64,000 bases of DNA from Octopus bimaculoides (GCF_001194135.2 NC_068989.1:73320598-73384597); one strand, 5' to 3'. Positions 36,885 to 50,743 are shown, counted from the stretch's first letter. The notes: generated by a model from the letters alone, not told the origin. Numbers and translations are program-made.

Positions 36885-37168
36885 ATGCCCCTCTCCCACT
36901 TTCTCTTCCTTCTCTCTCTCTCTTGTCTGTCTTTTTCTTTCTCTTACTCCTCCCTTTTTTGCTTGTAGCCTCTTTCTTTCTCTTCTCTCTTTTTCTCTGT
37001 GTGTCTTTTTTACCCTTTCTCTCCCTCATATTCTCTCTTGCCCTGCATCTTTCTTTTCTTCTGCTTCTCTCTTGTCCTTCCCTACTTGTCTCTTTATCAC
37101 CCTATCTCTCCTTAAAATCGTACTGATTAAAGCTAACTTCAAACCACCCTGCCTCCTTCCTACCTATT

Positions 37169-37208
<40 letters not shown>

Positions 37209-38621
37209 ATTCTTAATGTTTTGTTTATTTGTATTTTGAAATAATAGAAATGCAATTTATATTTCTAATTATTCTTTCAGCTCAGCAGATGGAATCTGTT
37301 AATACATTTGCTGTTTAAATTCATCAGTATTCAGTCCTGTTCGGCTAATTATGGAAAAAGGATAAAAATAAATGAATGAATGAATGAATAAATGAATAAA
37401 TAAATACAGGTCAAAAAAACAAATAAACATACTATAACATATTTGAATAGTGTTCTATTGATAAAACAAAAAAATAAAAACAGCCTTGAACTCATGACTC
37501 TGTGTTTGCATACACAAACATACAAGTACACACATGCACACATATTTAAGCTCATGAACACATATAAACATACATACATATATACATACATATATATATA
37601 TCTATACACACACATACATATATGTATGTTCATATGTATATACTCATACATATTTTCATACATACATATGCATTCAGCCTTCCACACACTTCCACACACA
37701 TTACCTGTAAGCAGTCATGCATGCACATACCTACACATGCATACACACAGCTTTATATACACTCAAGACATGTACATACACATATCTACATACAACATGT
37801 GTAGACATATACACACGTACACACACACATACACACGCACACACACATGCATCCCCATCCAAGTTGAAGTATACAAACAACCATCACTACGCACTCACAT
37901 TCATACACACTCACATTCATACACACTCACATTCATACACACACAAACACAGAAACACCTAGGCATAGATACATAATTTCACATACACACACATGTACAC
38001 AAAATAATTCCAACATTGACACACATGGCTGATTCATAGTCAGCTGTTGGTATAGAATACTAGCGAACACTTCTCTCATTTGTGTGTTCTGGATATTTTG
38101 CCCTTTTATCAAACCCCTGTTCCCCTTCACCCTTTTGTTACCCTATTTCTCTTGAAATACCATTGCTTTTGTTTCAACAGATTTTGAAAATACTGAGGAA
38201 TTTACTAAAATAGCTATATCATTATTAGGCAGGTGATTGGAGCATAAATGAACATTTAAATTTCAATAGAATGTTTTAATTCTGATCACTTTGAAATAGA
38301 TAGTTTGTTTCAAAGAATGATCTGTGGGTCTGATGCATTCTCCAGTTCAGTTGGTATTGGAAAGATCCAAATCATCTATGCATGTCTTCTCTTACTCTTT
38401 TTAATTTAGAGTAAATTTTGACTGACCACCAACTTTGTAGTAAGGTTGTGAAGGAAGCTATCATAATTTAACCATCATCCTTTAAATCTTAAGAAAGTCT
38501 TCGCAGACTTTTATATAAATATTGAGATCATTTGTTGCTTATGAATTAAGGATTTGCATTCTCTCTCCAAGATTCTAAGTTCAGCCATACTCTAGATGGG
38601 TCGGTATGTATCCTGTTGCTC

Positions 38622-38662
<41 letters not shown>

Positions 38663-41059
38663 GTGGAGAATGGAGAAACAAATACAAGAAGAAGCAAGTC
38701 AATTGGGCTAGTTAGCTATTGATTTAATTATATGGAGATTATATAATGAGTCATTTACGATCATTTCGATGTGCCATATTGAAGCAATCCTATCATATAC
38801 CAATATATATATATATATATATTTATAAATATATATATATTTATATATATATAATAACAAAAAGTGACAACAAAAGAATGAGACCTCGATATTAGGTAAA
38901 TAGAGGATTATTTATATATGTATATTTTAGGACAATCAGTAAATTGTCATAATAGTACTTGGAGTTTCAAATGCCGGATGTAAGGGCTACAATGCATTCT
39001 CATTGGCTATTTATGGCAATAGACTCTATGAAAAACCATTGAATAAAAGGAAAGTTACTCTAATAAGTAGAAAAAATATAAAAGATAAAAATACACGCAA
39101 CCATATTCTCACAGTACATAGACATTATACCTCCTGCGTTCATAACGTCTACATAAGTACACACTCACACTAACATGTATATCTACATGCACATACACAC
39201 ACAGATATATATGTGCATGTTCGTACTCATATGTATACACATGCACACACATATATAATTATGTGCGCGTGTGTGTGTGTGTGTGTTTGTGTATGTATAT
39301 TTGCACACAACTTCATCCTCATATACACATATATATTTATATAGTTAATCCCAAAAAACATGTATGTGCATATGTATGTATATATATATATATGCGTGCA
39401 TATACATGTATGTATATGTGTATATGTATGTGTGTATGCATGTGTCGTAATGGTTTAACCCAGGTGTTAAAGTAACAAGTGTATTAAGTTTTTTTTATTT
39501 GTTCACTTGCTCACACACACACGCATACAGACATTGATACATACACACAAATGCATACATGCGTACTCATATATACCTGTTTGCTTAGAAATATCTGTGT
39601 ACATGTCTATTTACCTGTGCAAATGAGCGTGTATCGAGTGCTATTTGATTTTCTTTATTCACTCACCCATATGTATGTGTGTGCATGTGTGTGTGTGTCT
39701 GTGTGTGTGTTTGCTTTCTCTTCGTGATTGGAGTTTCATTTTATATATTGATCAACCACCTGTTCAATGTTAAGGAATATATATATATGTGTGTGTGTGT
39801 GTGTTTGTCTGTCAAATGTAGGAGCGTCTTGTTCTTTACATCTTCCTTTGTGTAGCCATTCAGCCTTTAAATTTTAAGGTCTTGCAAATTTCTATTGTCC
39901 CAGATATCGTGATCATCTGTTGCTATAGATTATTGATCTATGTTCCTTTCCTCAAGAATCCATACTTCACTTCAGTCATGTTGCTACACATCCCATTGCT
40001 TCAGTAATAAAGGACATTAAGCTGATAGTGTATTTTGAGCACTGTGTTTGTGTATTTGTACCGTGAATGTGTGTGAGTGTGTATGAGAGTGTGGTGAGAT
40101 TTAAGATCTTTGCTGAATAAAAGCTGGTCACTAACAAAGTGACATGGCACTTTTTTGTTTTGAGACATTTTTATTGTCATAATTCTGTTGAATAATAATT
40201 ACGAGAAATTCTTTTGTTATTATAATACTGTTGGAATCTTCAATCTTTGCTTCAATTAATTTTGAAAATAATGAAGTATTTAGTAAAGTAGCTTTGTTAT
40301 TATTAAACCAGTGTTAAACACAAAAATTAATGTGACGTTTGATGCAAGATTTTAATTTAGATCACTTTTAAACAGAATGTTTGAATCAGTGAGCAAAGAG
40401 CGGTGTTTGGCAAACTGGAATCCAAACGATTAAAGCGATTTATGAATTTGAGAGTGTATATGTAGGTGTATAAATTGAAATACTTGTAACTATATCTGTA
40501 CATATGCTTTGTGATAGGTGTAAATGTGTGTATGCTTCATTACTCTTCATGTATGAGTGTATGCATACTTCTCATTTTTTTCTCTAGCAAAAAATAAGAA
40601 AGTAGTAGAAAGGTTAGATGTTATGTATGAAGGAAGTTATAAATTTTCCTTTCTTTTGATATGAGCTATTTTCAGTGATAGTGTGTTGGATATTGTTTTT
40701 CAGATACAGTCTACATTTAATAATTTTTAAGTAATTCTCTATTTTTCCTGTAAAAACAAAATGACAAAACTTAAAAAGAGAACAAATGAACAGCAATGAA
40801 AGTTCTCAAAGTTTTGAAAAGTTAATAAAAATTTCATCGTTTAAAGAAAACTGTTGATACATTAAGTATCAGTTGCATACTGGGTTGACCTAATTGACTG
40901 GCCCCCCTCCCCCAAAATTTCTGCCATTGTTTCTAGAGTAGAAAAGTATATATATATAGCCACACAACAGGCTTCTTTTAGTTTCCATCTACCATTCTTA
41001 TAGATGCATCTTACAAAGCTTTAAGTGGTTTGTGGCTATGATAGAAGTATATTGAAAGT

Positions 41060-41378
41060 ACATGGTTCAGTGGCTAGGGTATTCGGCTTACAATCATAAG
41101 GTCGTGATTTCAATTCCAAGTGGTGTGTTGTATCCTTGAGCAAGACACTATATTTCACATTATTCCAGTTCACTCAACTGGTAAAAATGAGTAGTACCTG
41201 TATTTCAAAGGGCCAGCCTTGTCACGCTGTGTGTCACACTGAATCTCCCTGAGAACTACGTTAAGGGCCCACATGCTTGTGGAGTGTTTAACAACCACTT
41301 ACATGTTAATTTCACAAGTAGGCTGTTCCATTGATCGAATCAATTGGAACCCTTGTCATCATAAATAATGGAATACCA
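41060..41378 (+). mobile_element. Older SINE with the family B 3' module but a different central segment
   Basis: The head is followed by CCTTGAGCAAGACACT..TTCACTCAACTGG..AATGAGTAG, then the B-type GGGCCAGCCTTGTCAC..GAGAACTACGTTAAGGG..GGAACCCT. Confidence 0.75.
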
Positions 41379-42301
41379 GTGAGAAGACATCCCCCCGCCC
41401 CAAGGTGTCACACCATAGGACAGAATCAAAAGCCATATAGTTGGGGAGGAAACTTCTTAATCACACATCTATACTTGTGCCTTTCTCGAAGAAAAAGTAT
41501 CTTCTAAATTCTATGGAGCAAATATGCTTTAACAATTTGGCTATTTCCAAATAAATCTATTTGCTCAGTAAAACACTAAAAAATATTTTCTTACCAAATG
41601 AGAGATTAACTTATATGTTGGTGTTTATTTTAATGCTCTCAAATCTTGAGTTAAGTATAGTCTTTGTGAGTTTCTGTATATCCTCATAGAGACCATATAT
41701 ATATATTTTTTTCATCTTGTGATCATTCATTGTCCATTTGAACGAGTTGGTGTCTCATGTGATCACAGTATTATTCATTCATTAAGGCTTTATAATTGCT
41801 ACTAAATTGAATACTGTAGTAGTAAATATAATCTATCTGTAGAAACCACGTGTAAATTTAATTATAGAAACTTCAGAACTGTTGCAATATGTATGTAAAC
41901 ACACATACACACACACACACACACACATTCATGCACACTCACATGCACACATGCACACATCTACCTCTGTGTGGATGGATGTGTGTGTGTGTGTGTGTAT
42001 TGTATATGTATAGGTAGCAGTGAATAAATTGTCATCGTCTAAAGTACACAAAGATGAGAACAACACTGACATCTCATTTTAATAGATATATTTACCAAAA
42101 TTACATAAAAATGTCTTGAAATACTAAAGAATAGATTTTTTCAATAAAATCGCCATTGGCTTCACACATATAAAACTTACCAGTGTGTATATACGTATTT
42201 ATATCCATATTGGTAGGTATATATTATGTGTGAAATATATATGTATATGTATCTGTGTGTTTGCATACAGCAGTTAAGATGTTCTCTTGTATATATATAT
42301 A

Positions 42302-44456
42302 CTAGCAGTATAACCCGACCTTGTCCGGGTGTGACTTATTACGTCATCTACGATAAGTCTTGCTAGGTGAAAATCAACTAAAAAAGTAAGCCTTACAACG
42401 AAAAAACCCTTATGATGTAAATATGTTCATAATTCAAAAGACGATGAAATTAATAGAGAAAGTCTGAAGGCTGTTTTGCGTAACATTATTAAGTGTACGT
42501 AAATTTCATCCGTCTAATTGGCTATAGAAATGCTTGTGCAGAACAACTTTTTGCGCTGCCCTGATTATACATAGCAGGGTAATCCCTTTTCGCAGGAGCT
42601 AGGACGGCAATTTGTGATGAAGCAATTGCTGGCGATCTGTTGCTANNNNNNNNNNNNNNNNNNNNNNNNNNNNNNNNNNNNNNNNNNNNNNNNNNNNNNN
42701 NNNNNNNNNNNNNNNNNNNNNNNNNNNNNNNNNNNNNNNNNNNNNNNNNNNNNNNNNNNNNNNNNNNNNNNNNNNNNNNNNNNNNNNNNNNNNNNNNNNN
42801 NNNNNNNNNNNNNNNNNNNNNNNNNNNNNNNNNNNNNNNNNNNNNNNNNNNNNNNGCATTATGTTCAAAGTAGCTTCTGGAATGTGGTGAATTGCTGCAG
42901 TCTGTTGCTGTCATTTTAAACTGGTTGCGTTCTTTCCCCAGCAAACTCTCTTCTTTGGAGGCATAATCTATGTATATATTAAACAGAACAACAAAAGTTA
43001 TAATAGATGGCAGGGTCGGTACTTTTCACATATCTGTAATTTTTCAGATTAACACCCGCACGATTACCCAACCCTAATCCTAAACCTAATCCTAACACTA
43101 ACCCTAACATTAACCCTAAACCCTAACCCTCACCCTAAAACCCTAACCCTCACCCTGACCCTAAAAACTTAATCGTAACACTAATCCTAACTCTAACCGT
43201 AACCCTAACCCTAAACCCTAACCCTGACCGTAAAACCCTAAACGTAACACTAATCCTAACCCTAACCGTAACCCTAAACCCTAACCCCTAACCCTGACCC
43301 TAAAATCCTAACCCTAACACCGTAGTGAAAATCGTGGTATATTTACAAAACATTGACGAACATGAGTTATATTTTACTGAATGATTGTGTACTTGCACAT
43401 GTATGCGTTTGAGAGAGCGATAGAGGAAGAGGGGGAGATAGAGAACGGGAGCAATGTGTATGTTGTCACAGATTACGTATGTGTGGTTGTGTGTGTTTTT
43501 ATNNNNNNNNNNNNNNNNNNNNNNNNNNNNNNNNNNNNNNNNNNNNNNNNNNNNNNNNNNNNNNNNNNNNNNNNNNNNNNNNNNNNNNNNNNNNNNNNNN
43601 NNNNNNNNNNNNNNNNNNNNNNNNNNNNNNNNNNNNNNNNNNNNNNNNNNNNNNNNNNNNNNNNNNNNNNNNNNNNNNNNNNNNNNNNNNNNNNNNNNNN
43701 NNNNNNNNNNNNNNNNNNNNNNNNNNNNNNNNNNNNNNNNNNNNNNNNNNNNNNNNNNNNNNNNNNNNNNNNNNNNNNNNNNNNNNNNNGTTAAGAGGAA
43801 TTTAAGTGGAATTTCCGAAAATTGTCACCCACCCCCTCCCAAAACACTTTCACCGAACATTTTTGTATATTCGGAATCTACATAATAAATAATATATGCA
43901 CAGAAAATTTCATTAAAAAATATTCATTTTTCTGAAAGTTATGACCTTCCAAAGTCGGTGGGTACAACTCTGTAGTTATGCCACATTGACGAACGTGAAT
44001 GATTGTGTTTACTTGCACGTGTATGCGTTTGAGAGAGCGATAGAGGAAGAGGGGGAGATAGAGAACGGGAGCAATGTGTATGTTGTCACAGATTACGTAT
44101 GTGTGGTTGTGTGTGTTTTTATGTATCAGTGTTATGAAAAATAAGTAAAGAATACTGAGAAGAAAGTTTAATCTATGATGTATGTATCACTTTCTCTCTC
44201 TGTTGAGCGCGTGTGTAAGAACACTGTTCCAGGTAGAAGGGAAGAAATATAAAAGTTGCTAGAAACAACAGCCAAATCTCCCATAAATCACACAAAGGAA
44301 ACGGAATTTTAAAAATCTAATTACTGCACTGGAAAGTTCACATCGAGAAAATTTCATTGATGTAAAAAATTTTACGAAAAAGTGGAAAATGTGGATTTCT
44401 ATAAACTTTTAAAAAAGCTTCACACAGACACACAACTTCAGCTTTATATATTAAGA
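42302..44456 (-). mobile_element. Non-autonomous Helitron with canonical termini; contains two gaps and a telomere-like array
   Basis: Minus strand 5' end A|TCTTAATATATAAAGCTGAAG. 3' end has hairpin ACCCGGAC-AAG-GTCGGGT, then TATACTGCTAG|T. It is inserted between A and T with no TSD. Confidence 0.88.
43066..43320 (-). repeat. Degenerate telomere-like (TAACCC)n array inside the Helitron
   Basis: CCTAACCCTAAACCCTAACCCTCACCCTAAAACCCTAACCC.. with variant units over about 250 bp. Confidence 0.9.
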
Positions 44457-44741
44457 TATTTATATAAATTGTTATCTTATTTTAACATCCGTCTTCTAAT
44501 CTGGAATCAGCTGGACACTTTGACAGGTTCTGACAGGTCAGAAGATTGTGGAAAATGTATAGTTCATAGCAATCAAAAACCACCCCAGAAACCCTCAGTA
44601 TATCAAATAGAGAGAATGAATTGTTTTATGACAACCGTTTCCATTCAACTGTCTGTCTGTCTGTCCATCCATCCATCCGCTCATCTCTCTCTCTCACTAT
44701 CTATCTACCTAAATATGTAAACACCCCTCCACACACACACA

Positions 44742-44773
<32 letters not shown>

Positions 44774-46511
44774 AACACACACATCAATATTTGTTTTTAT
44801 GTTATAATAAAAAATCATTTTACATTAAATTGAGGGATTTCCCATTACATTTGGTAGAGCACAATTTTATTATTTTTCAAGAACACTGTTGACAGTGACT
44901 TTGAAGTTTCAGCCAGCTAACCCATCACCAGACTATGGTGCATTTGTGTTCATCTTGGCATTATATGGTCTCTGTTAAGTTAAACTTTTTTCTAGAGAGA
45001 TGAGTTCTATCGAATGATAATTAGGTTGTATGGTGGGCTGTGATGGCAGGGTGTTATGGGGAATTTTTGTTGATTAAATATGGGAATGTGCTTTTGTTTA
45101 GAATCTTTTTATGCATATAGAACTTTGTAATCGGGAGTCTGTATATTTAGGTGTGTCATCTTCAGGACATAAGGGATTACAAAAAATGTAGTTTTATTGT
45201 TGGTCAGCTGTTTGATCTGTCTGTTTGTCTGTCTTTCTGCAGACAGATCGATAGGCTGACAGATGGTTAGCTATTTACAGGATCATAGTCAGAAGTTAAT
45301 TCCATAGTTACAACCCATTCTCAGTACAAAAGTAGACTAAAACATTTAAAATTTGGGATTATTCTGATTAACAAAAATGGCAGACTTTTTTTGTTGTAGC
45401 TTGTGATATTGTTGACTCAGGTATATTTACGAATTGTAATTTTGACCTAGAATTGATGAAAACCACACTTGACACTGAAGGTTTTAAAAACAAAACTTAT
45501 AAAGAAACTTAAATTGAAATACAAATAAATCAGATAATGTCTTTTGTTCACTAATCTATTTCTTTCGAGTCACTTCATTTAAATAATAACATAGGAAAAT
45601 ATATCAATTTAAATATTTAGTTATAAATAGTTTGTATGAGAGAAAGCATGAGACCTCCTTTGTTGGTCTAAGGCTATAGCAGAAGACACTTGCCCAAGGT
45701 GTCACGCAGTGGGACTGAACCAAGAAATATGTTGGTTAAAAAGCAAGCTTCTTACCACATTGCCATGCCTGTGCCTGTATGTATCTTATATTTTTTTATG
45801 ATTAAAAAAACATAGATTTATTTATGTAATCACTACAACCAACATGCAATCCTTGTACTTTTTTATAAAATTTTATTTTTACTTTATTTTTTTTTGCATT
45901 TGCAGGTAATAAAAGACTAAAGAAAAATAAATATTTTTCTTATTATTATCTTGGTATTAAAGTTAATAAAAGTGACATCTGGAATTATTTTTATTCTGCT
46001 ATTCAAAATTCAATTTCTGGTTGCATGCATGTATGAAAGTATGCACAGACAAAGATTGAAATGTTGGTAGGCTGGCATTAAGAGTAACTCAGTTTACAAG
46101 TCTTTGACTCCAGAGAGAAATTCTATTTATTTTTGTATTACTTTAAAAAAATGTTTTTATTTAATTTTTTTATCCATTTTGAAACCCATATGAACTTTAT
46201 TATTAGAATAGTTTCTCCTGATGCATGAATCCATTGTCACAGTAATCATAATACTTCTTTCTAGTTTCTGTGAATATATCAGATGTGTCCATTTTTGCTT
46301 TCAGCTTTCTTTGTATACAGAGTCTAAGGCCTGTTTTTTTTTTCTTATTTATTATTTTCACTTTGGCTTCATACATCTGCAGGAAAAAAAAACAGTATAC
46401 ATTCTTAGAAAAGATAGATAAATATTTGCCTTTCATTCCTTGATTTACCCACAACAATAAGAAAAATAAAATATAATTCAATATCATATATATGTATGTA
46501 TGTATGTATGT

Positions 46512-46774
46512 GTGGAGGCACAATGGCCCAGTGGTTAGGGCAGTGGACTTCCAGTCATAGGATTGAGGTTTCGATTCCCAGACCGGGCGTTGTGAGTATT
46601 TATTGAGCGAAAACACCTAAAGCTCCACGAGGCTCCAGCAGGGGATGGTGGCGAACCCTGCCATACTCTTTAACCACAACTTTCTCTCACTCTTACTTCC
46701 TGTTTCTGCTGTGCCTGTAATTCAAAGCCTTGTGAGTGGATTTGGTAGACGGAAACTGAAAGAAGCCCGTCGTA

Positions 46775-46843
<69 letters not shown>

Positions 46844-47049
46844 ATGTTTGTGTGTCTGTGTTTGTCCCCCCAACATTGCTTGACAACCGATGCTCGTGTG
46901 TTTACGTCCCCGTAATTTAGCGGTTCAGCAAAAGAGACCGATAGAATAAGTACTAGGCTTCCAAAGAATAAGTCCTGGGGTCGATTTGCTCGACTAAAGG
47001 CGGTGCTCCAACATGGCCGCAGTCAAATGACTGAAACAAGTAAAAGAGT
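46512..47049 (+). mobile_element. Chimeric SINE: family B 5' part joined to family D 3' part
   Basis: B sequence runs to ..GTGCCTGTAATTCAAAG, then switches to the D sequence CCTTGTGAGTGGATTTGGTAGACGG..(TA)n(TG)n..GACTGAAACAAGTAAAAGAG. Confidence 0.88.
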
Positions 47050-47963
47050 AATAGTTAATCCCATACTTGAGTTTCCCTATTAATGAGCAAATAAATTAAT
47101 TTGCCATCTGTAGTTCATTACTGAAGTGAGCAGCAACAGATCTAAGTTGAACACGACTAAACCCTTAACATTAGTAGCCTTGTCTTGAAAGAAATCTTTA
47201 TAAAATTGTCTCATGGCAGGGTACTCTCTTACTGGTGATAAATTATTAATTAAGGTTGCAATCTAACTGCTGCTGGTTTTAGCCACAGGTCACTCCTGTT
47301 GTAGTGGACTTATGAATAAAAGCATTCCAGATGTGACCATTCCTGCTTTTATTTACTCATTCTATGCAGGTCTGTTGGACCTCATGATTTAATGTCTTTT
47401 TCCTTCTTCATCTTTTCATTTTTTTTTTTTAAGATGATAGGATGCTATGATTTTGAGGAAGATTTTGCTGCTATTTGTAGTGGGTCAAGTCATGAGCAAC
47501 CATGTATAAGCTCCATTCCAATGAAAAAGTTATGCGTGTCACATCTTGCTTTCCTCTTTTGCGTAATGTAAAACGGAAATTAAAATTTTCTTAGATTGAT
47601 TCTTAAGAACCTTTTAATTAACTAGATTCTATTATGAAATCCCAACGCTGAGTGGAACTCACCACCACCTTCATCACCATGACCATCATCATGATCATCG
47701 GTTTTATAATTTGGTGACATATGGTGGTGTTTTTTAATTGAAAAGCCTTTATATATCTGTGTAATGTCTTCAGTGTGTATTTTATAGTTTTTTATAAAAT
47801 GGCTAATTTTTTTTCTTCTTGGTTTTCTTTTTAAAATTTTTTTTTTTTTAATAATTAGCTAAGTGGTGAAAAAGAAATAGAAGTCTGTCTTGATTTATAA
47901 CAATAGTTGAGTATAATGTCATTTACTTGCAGACATTGCCAAACAAATCACTGTCATCATTTT

Positions 47964-47994
<31 letters not shown>

Positions 47995-49015
47995 ATGCCA
48001 TAATCATTGTAATTAACATCAACGTCATCATCAATCATTGCAATTAACATCATTATCATTATCATCACTGAGATTCTTCATTAATCATCACTGTCACTGT
48101 TGTTATGATAGTCCACCAACAACTCCGTAATCATTATCATAATAATCAATGTTACAATTATTACGATCATTATAATTGATATCAGTATGATAAGCACTAT
48201 CCTCCTCCTCCTCCTCCTCCTCCTCCCCCTCGTCATCATCATCATCATCATCATCAATATTAGCAATGCAATGTTTTTTTTTAGTTTTGCCCATTCTGAC
48301 AATAGCATGGTTAGGCCAGCTCTTATGCAATTGTACCTAATAGAAATAATGGTGATGATGATTATGATGGTGATGGTTGTTGATGGTTATAAAGATTGCC
48401 GATGATTATGGTGATTGCTGATGATCACTGGAGATATCATTATAATATAAAATTGTGGCATTTAATGGTTGGTTGGCTAACTGGCTTGCTTGCTTGCTGG
48501 CTGGCTGGCTTGTATCATGCATATATAATTAGTGATTTGATTATGCCTGTAAATCTGAAAAGTTAGTTGATAATAGTATTTAGAAAAAACATAATAATTT
48601 CAATAGAAGTCTAAGTCGACATAGTTGTTTCAGTGCAATGAAACAGTTTCCAAAAAACAGTTAACCAATTCCTTCAAGACATGATGGTGCTTTGAATAAA
48701 GTTAAACTCTCAGTTGGCGTTAGTAACCGCAATGTATTATATTTGCTTAACGTTTGTTTTTGTTTTACTTCTTTCTTGAGTTAAACTCTTTTACTAAATT
48801 AACGTTTTAATGATCTGACTTTTTATTATTATTAGACTGGTGTTTTATTAAATTGACATTGAAAGAAATAAACATTTTATTCAATTGACAAATCACTAAA
48901 TTGACATTTCACTAAATTTGACATTTTCAATAATGTGAGCAACCATGTATTTCTTCTACTACCAGAAACTTGTTCTGCCTTTTTTTGTCATACTTTAACC
49001 TTTCATCATCAAGCA

Positions 49016-49272
49016 CAGTGGTTCTCAACCATTTTCCCCCTATAGACCCATTCATTCCTATTTTACACATGGGGGTGAGACACTCCTAACCATTCGATAT
49101 CTAAAAATTCTGTTATTATATTTTTATAATTAAATATCATTAGAAACTGTATAAAAAATTGTTAAAATATTTTGTTTTGTCGAAGTATAACCAATTTATT
49201 GTTTATAAATTTTAACAACAAAATCTTATATGGACCCCCAAGGGTTATATAGACTCTGATTGAGAACCACTG
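49016..49272. mobile_element. hAT (Charlie-like) MITE
   Basis: Perfect 13-bp TIR CAGTGGTTCTCAA / TTGAGAACCACTG. Degenerate 8-bp flanks ATCAAGCA / ACCCAACA. Internal similarity to 2698-3038. Confidence 0.88.
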
Positions 49273-49524
49273 ACCCAACATAAAAATGCTTCCCTCACTA
49301 CTGTAGTGCTACTCAGCTGAAATGGATCCTAGTCTTGCAAGCCACTAGCAACCTCTCTAGTGCTGGTACCGTATAAAATGCACTCAGTACACTCTGAAAA
49401 TTGATTTGTGTTAAGAAGGACATTCAGCTATAAAGACCATGTCAAAAAAACATTTGAGTATAATGCAGTCCTCCAACCCCACTTATCCTGTCAAACCATG
49501 CCAGCATGAGACAAAGATGTTTAA

Positions 49525-49756
49525 CCCTTTCGTTACTGCATTTCTTTTGAGATGCTCTGTGTTTTTTTGTTTTTTTTTCAATTAATTTCAAATATAACAA
49601 AGAATTTAGTAAAATAACTTAGTTATCATTAAGCTAGTGTTAGGAACATAAATTGTGACTAAAGTTTGGTGGAAGATTTTAATTAAAAACTTATGAAAAC
49701 AAGGCATTTTTACTACAGAGCCAGAGGCAGTTTCAGCCAAGTTGGTATCGAAAGGG
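49525..49756. mobile_element. piggyBac-type MITE
   Basis: TTAA|CCCTTTCGTTAC..GTATCGAAAGGG|TTAA. Related internal fragments lie at about 36080-36230, 38165-38330 and 40250-40420. Confidence 0.9.
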
Positions 49757-50359
49757 TTAAAGATGATGACGATATTGATAAGGATGATAATGACATTTTA
49801 CTAAATTGATATTTTTATTAAACTGAAATTTTTACTGAATTGACAATTCATCAAATTGTCACTTCATTAGGCTGACACTTCACTAAATTGATGTATCGAC
49901 CAATCAACTTTTCACTAAATTGATATTTCATTAAATTGACATTGCTTACTGAATACTCTTGGAGTAAAAAATATGAATGATTATCACACAATTTTTATCT
50001 TCCTTTTTTTTTTTTTGTTTGCATTTGATTGTGAATCACAACTAGCCACATCAGTTGGGTACAGGTCTGGACATGACTACCAACAATTATTTAGCATGCT
50101 GCAAACACCCCTATCATTAGTATTCACCCTCTCTAGTCATTATGATGTGCAGCAGTAACAGTTAGACTATGCTTTGCTAAGGTCTTATAAAACCAAAACA
50201 TACCTAAAGTAGTTATCTCTCCATCAAAGACGAAACTCACTTCCTATTACATTCTACTTTGCCACATGAAGATGAAACACTTGGAAGTAACTCTAAAAGA
50301 TTCATCAAAAAATATTGGATATTATATATTACATATTTTCATGATACAAATATATATTA

Positions 50360-50743
50360 TTTTACTCTTTTAATTATTTCAGTCATTTGACTGCAGCCAT
50401 GCTGGAGTACTGCATTTAGTCGAGCAAATCGACCTCAGGACTTATTCTTTGGAAGATTAGTACTTATTCTATTGGTCTATTTTGCCGAACTGCTAAGTTA
50501 CGGGGATGTAAACACACCAGCATCGGTTGTCAAGCGATGTTGGGGGGGACAAACACAGACACACAAACATATACACAAACATACATATATATATACGACA
50601 GGCTTCTTTCAGTTTCCGTCTACCAAATCCACTCACAAGGCTTTGGTCAGACTGAAGCTATAGTAGAAGACACTTGCCCAAGGTGCCACGCAGTGGGAAT
50701 GAACTCGGAACCAAGTGGTTGGTAAGCAAGCTACTTACCACAC
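50360..50743 (-). mobile_element. SINE family D copy, full length
   Basis: TTTCAGTCATTTGACTG..CATCGGTTGTCAAGCGATG..(CA)(TA)..CTACCAAATCCACTCACAAGGCTTTGG..CTTGCCCAAGGTGCC. Confidence 0.9.

Noticed and set aside
38345-38400. TTCAG|TTGGTATTGGA (VGIG) as a possible ACER3 exon 3
   Set aside because: It is not followed by the conserved SWxFH, and it lies next to a repeat fragment.
43351-44122. Direct duplication of about 140 bp (43351-43502 and 43984-44122) across an N-gap
   Set aside because: The first copy ends exactly at the gap, so it may be a scaffolding overlap or an internal Helitron repeat. It cannot be resolved without reads.
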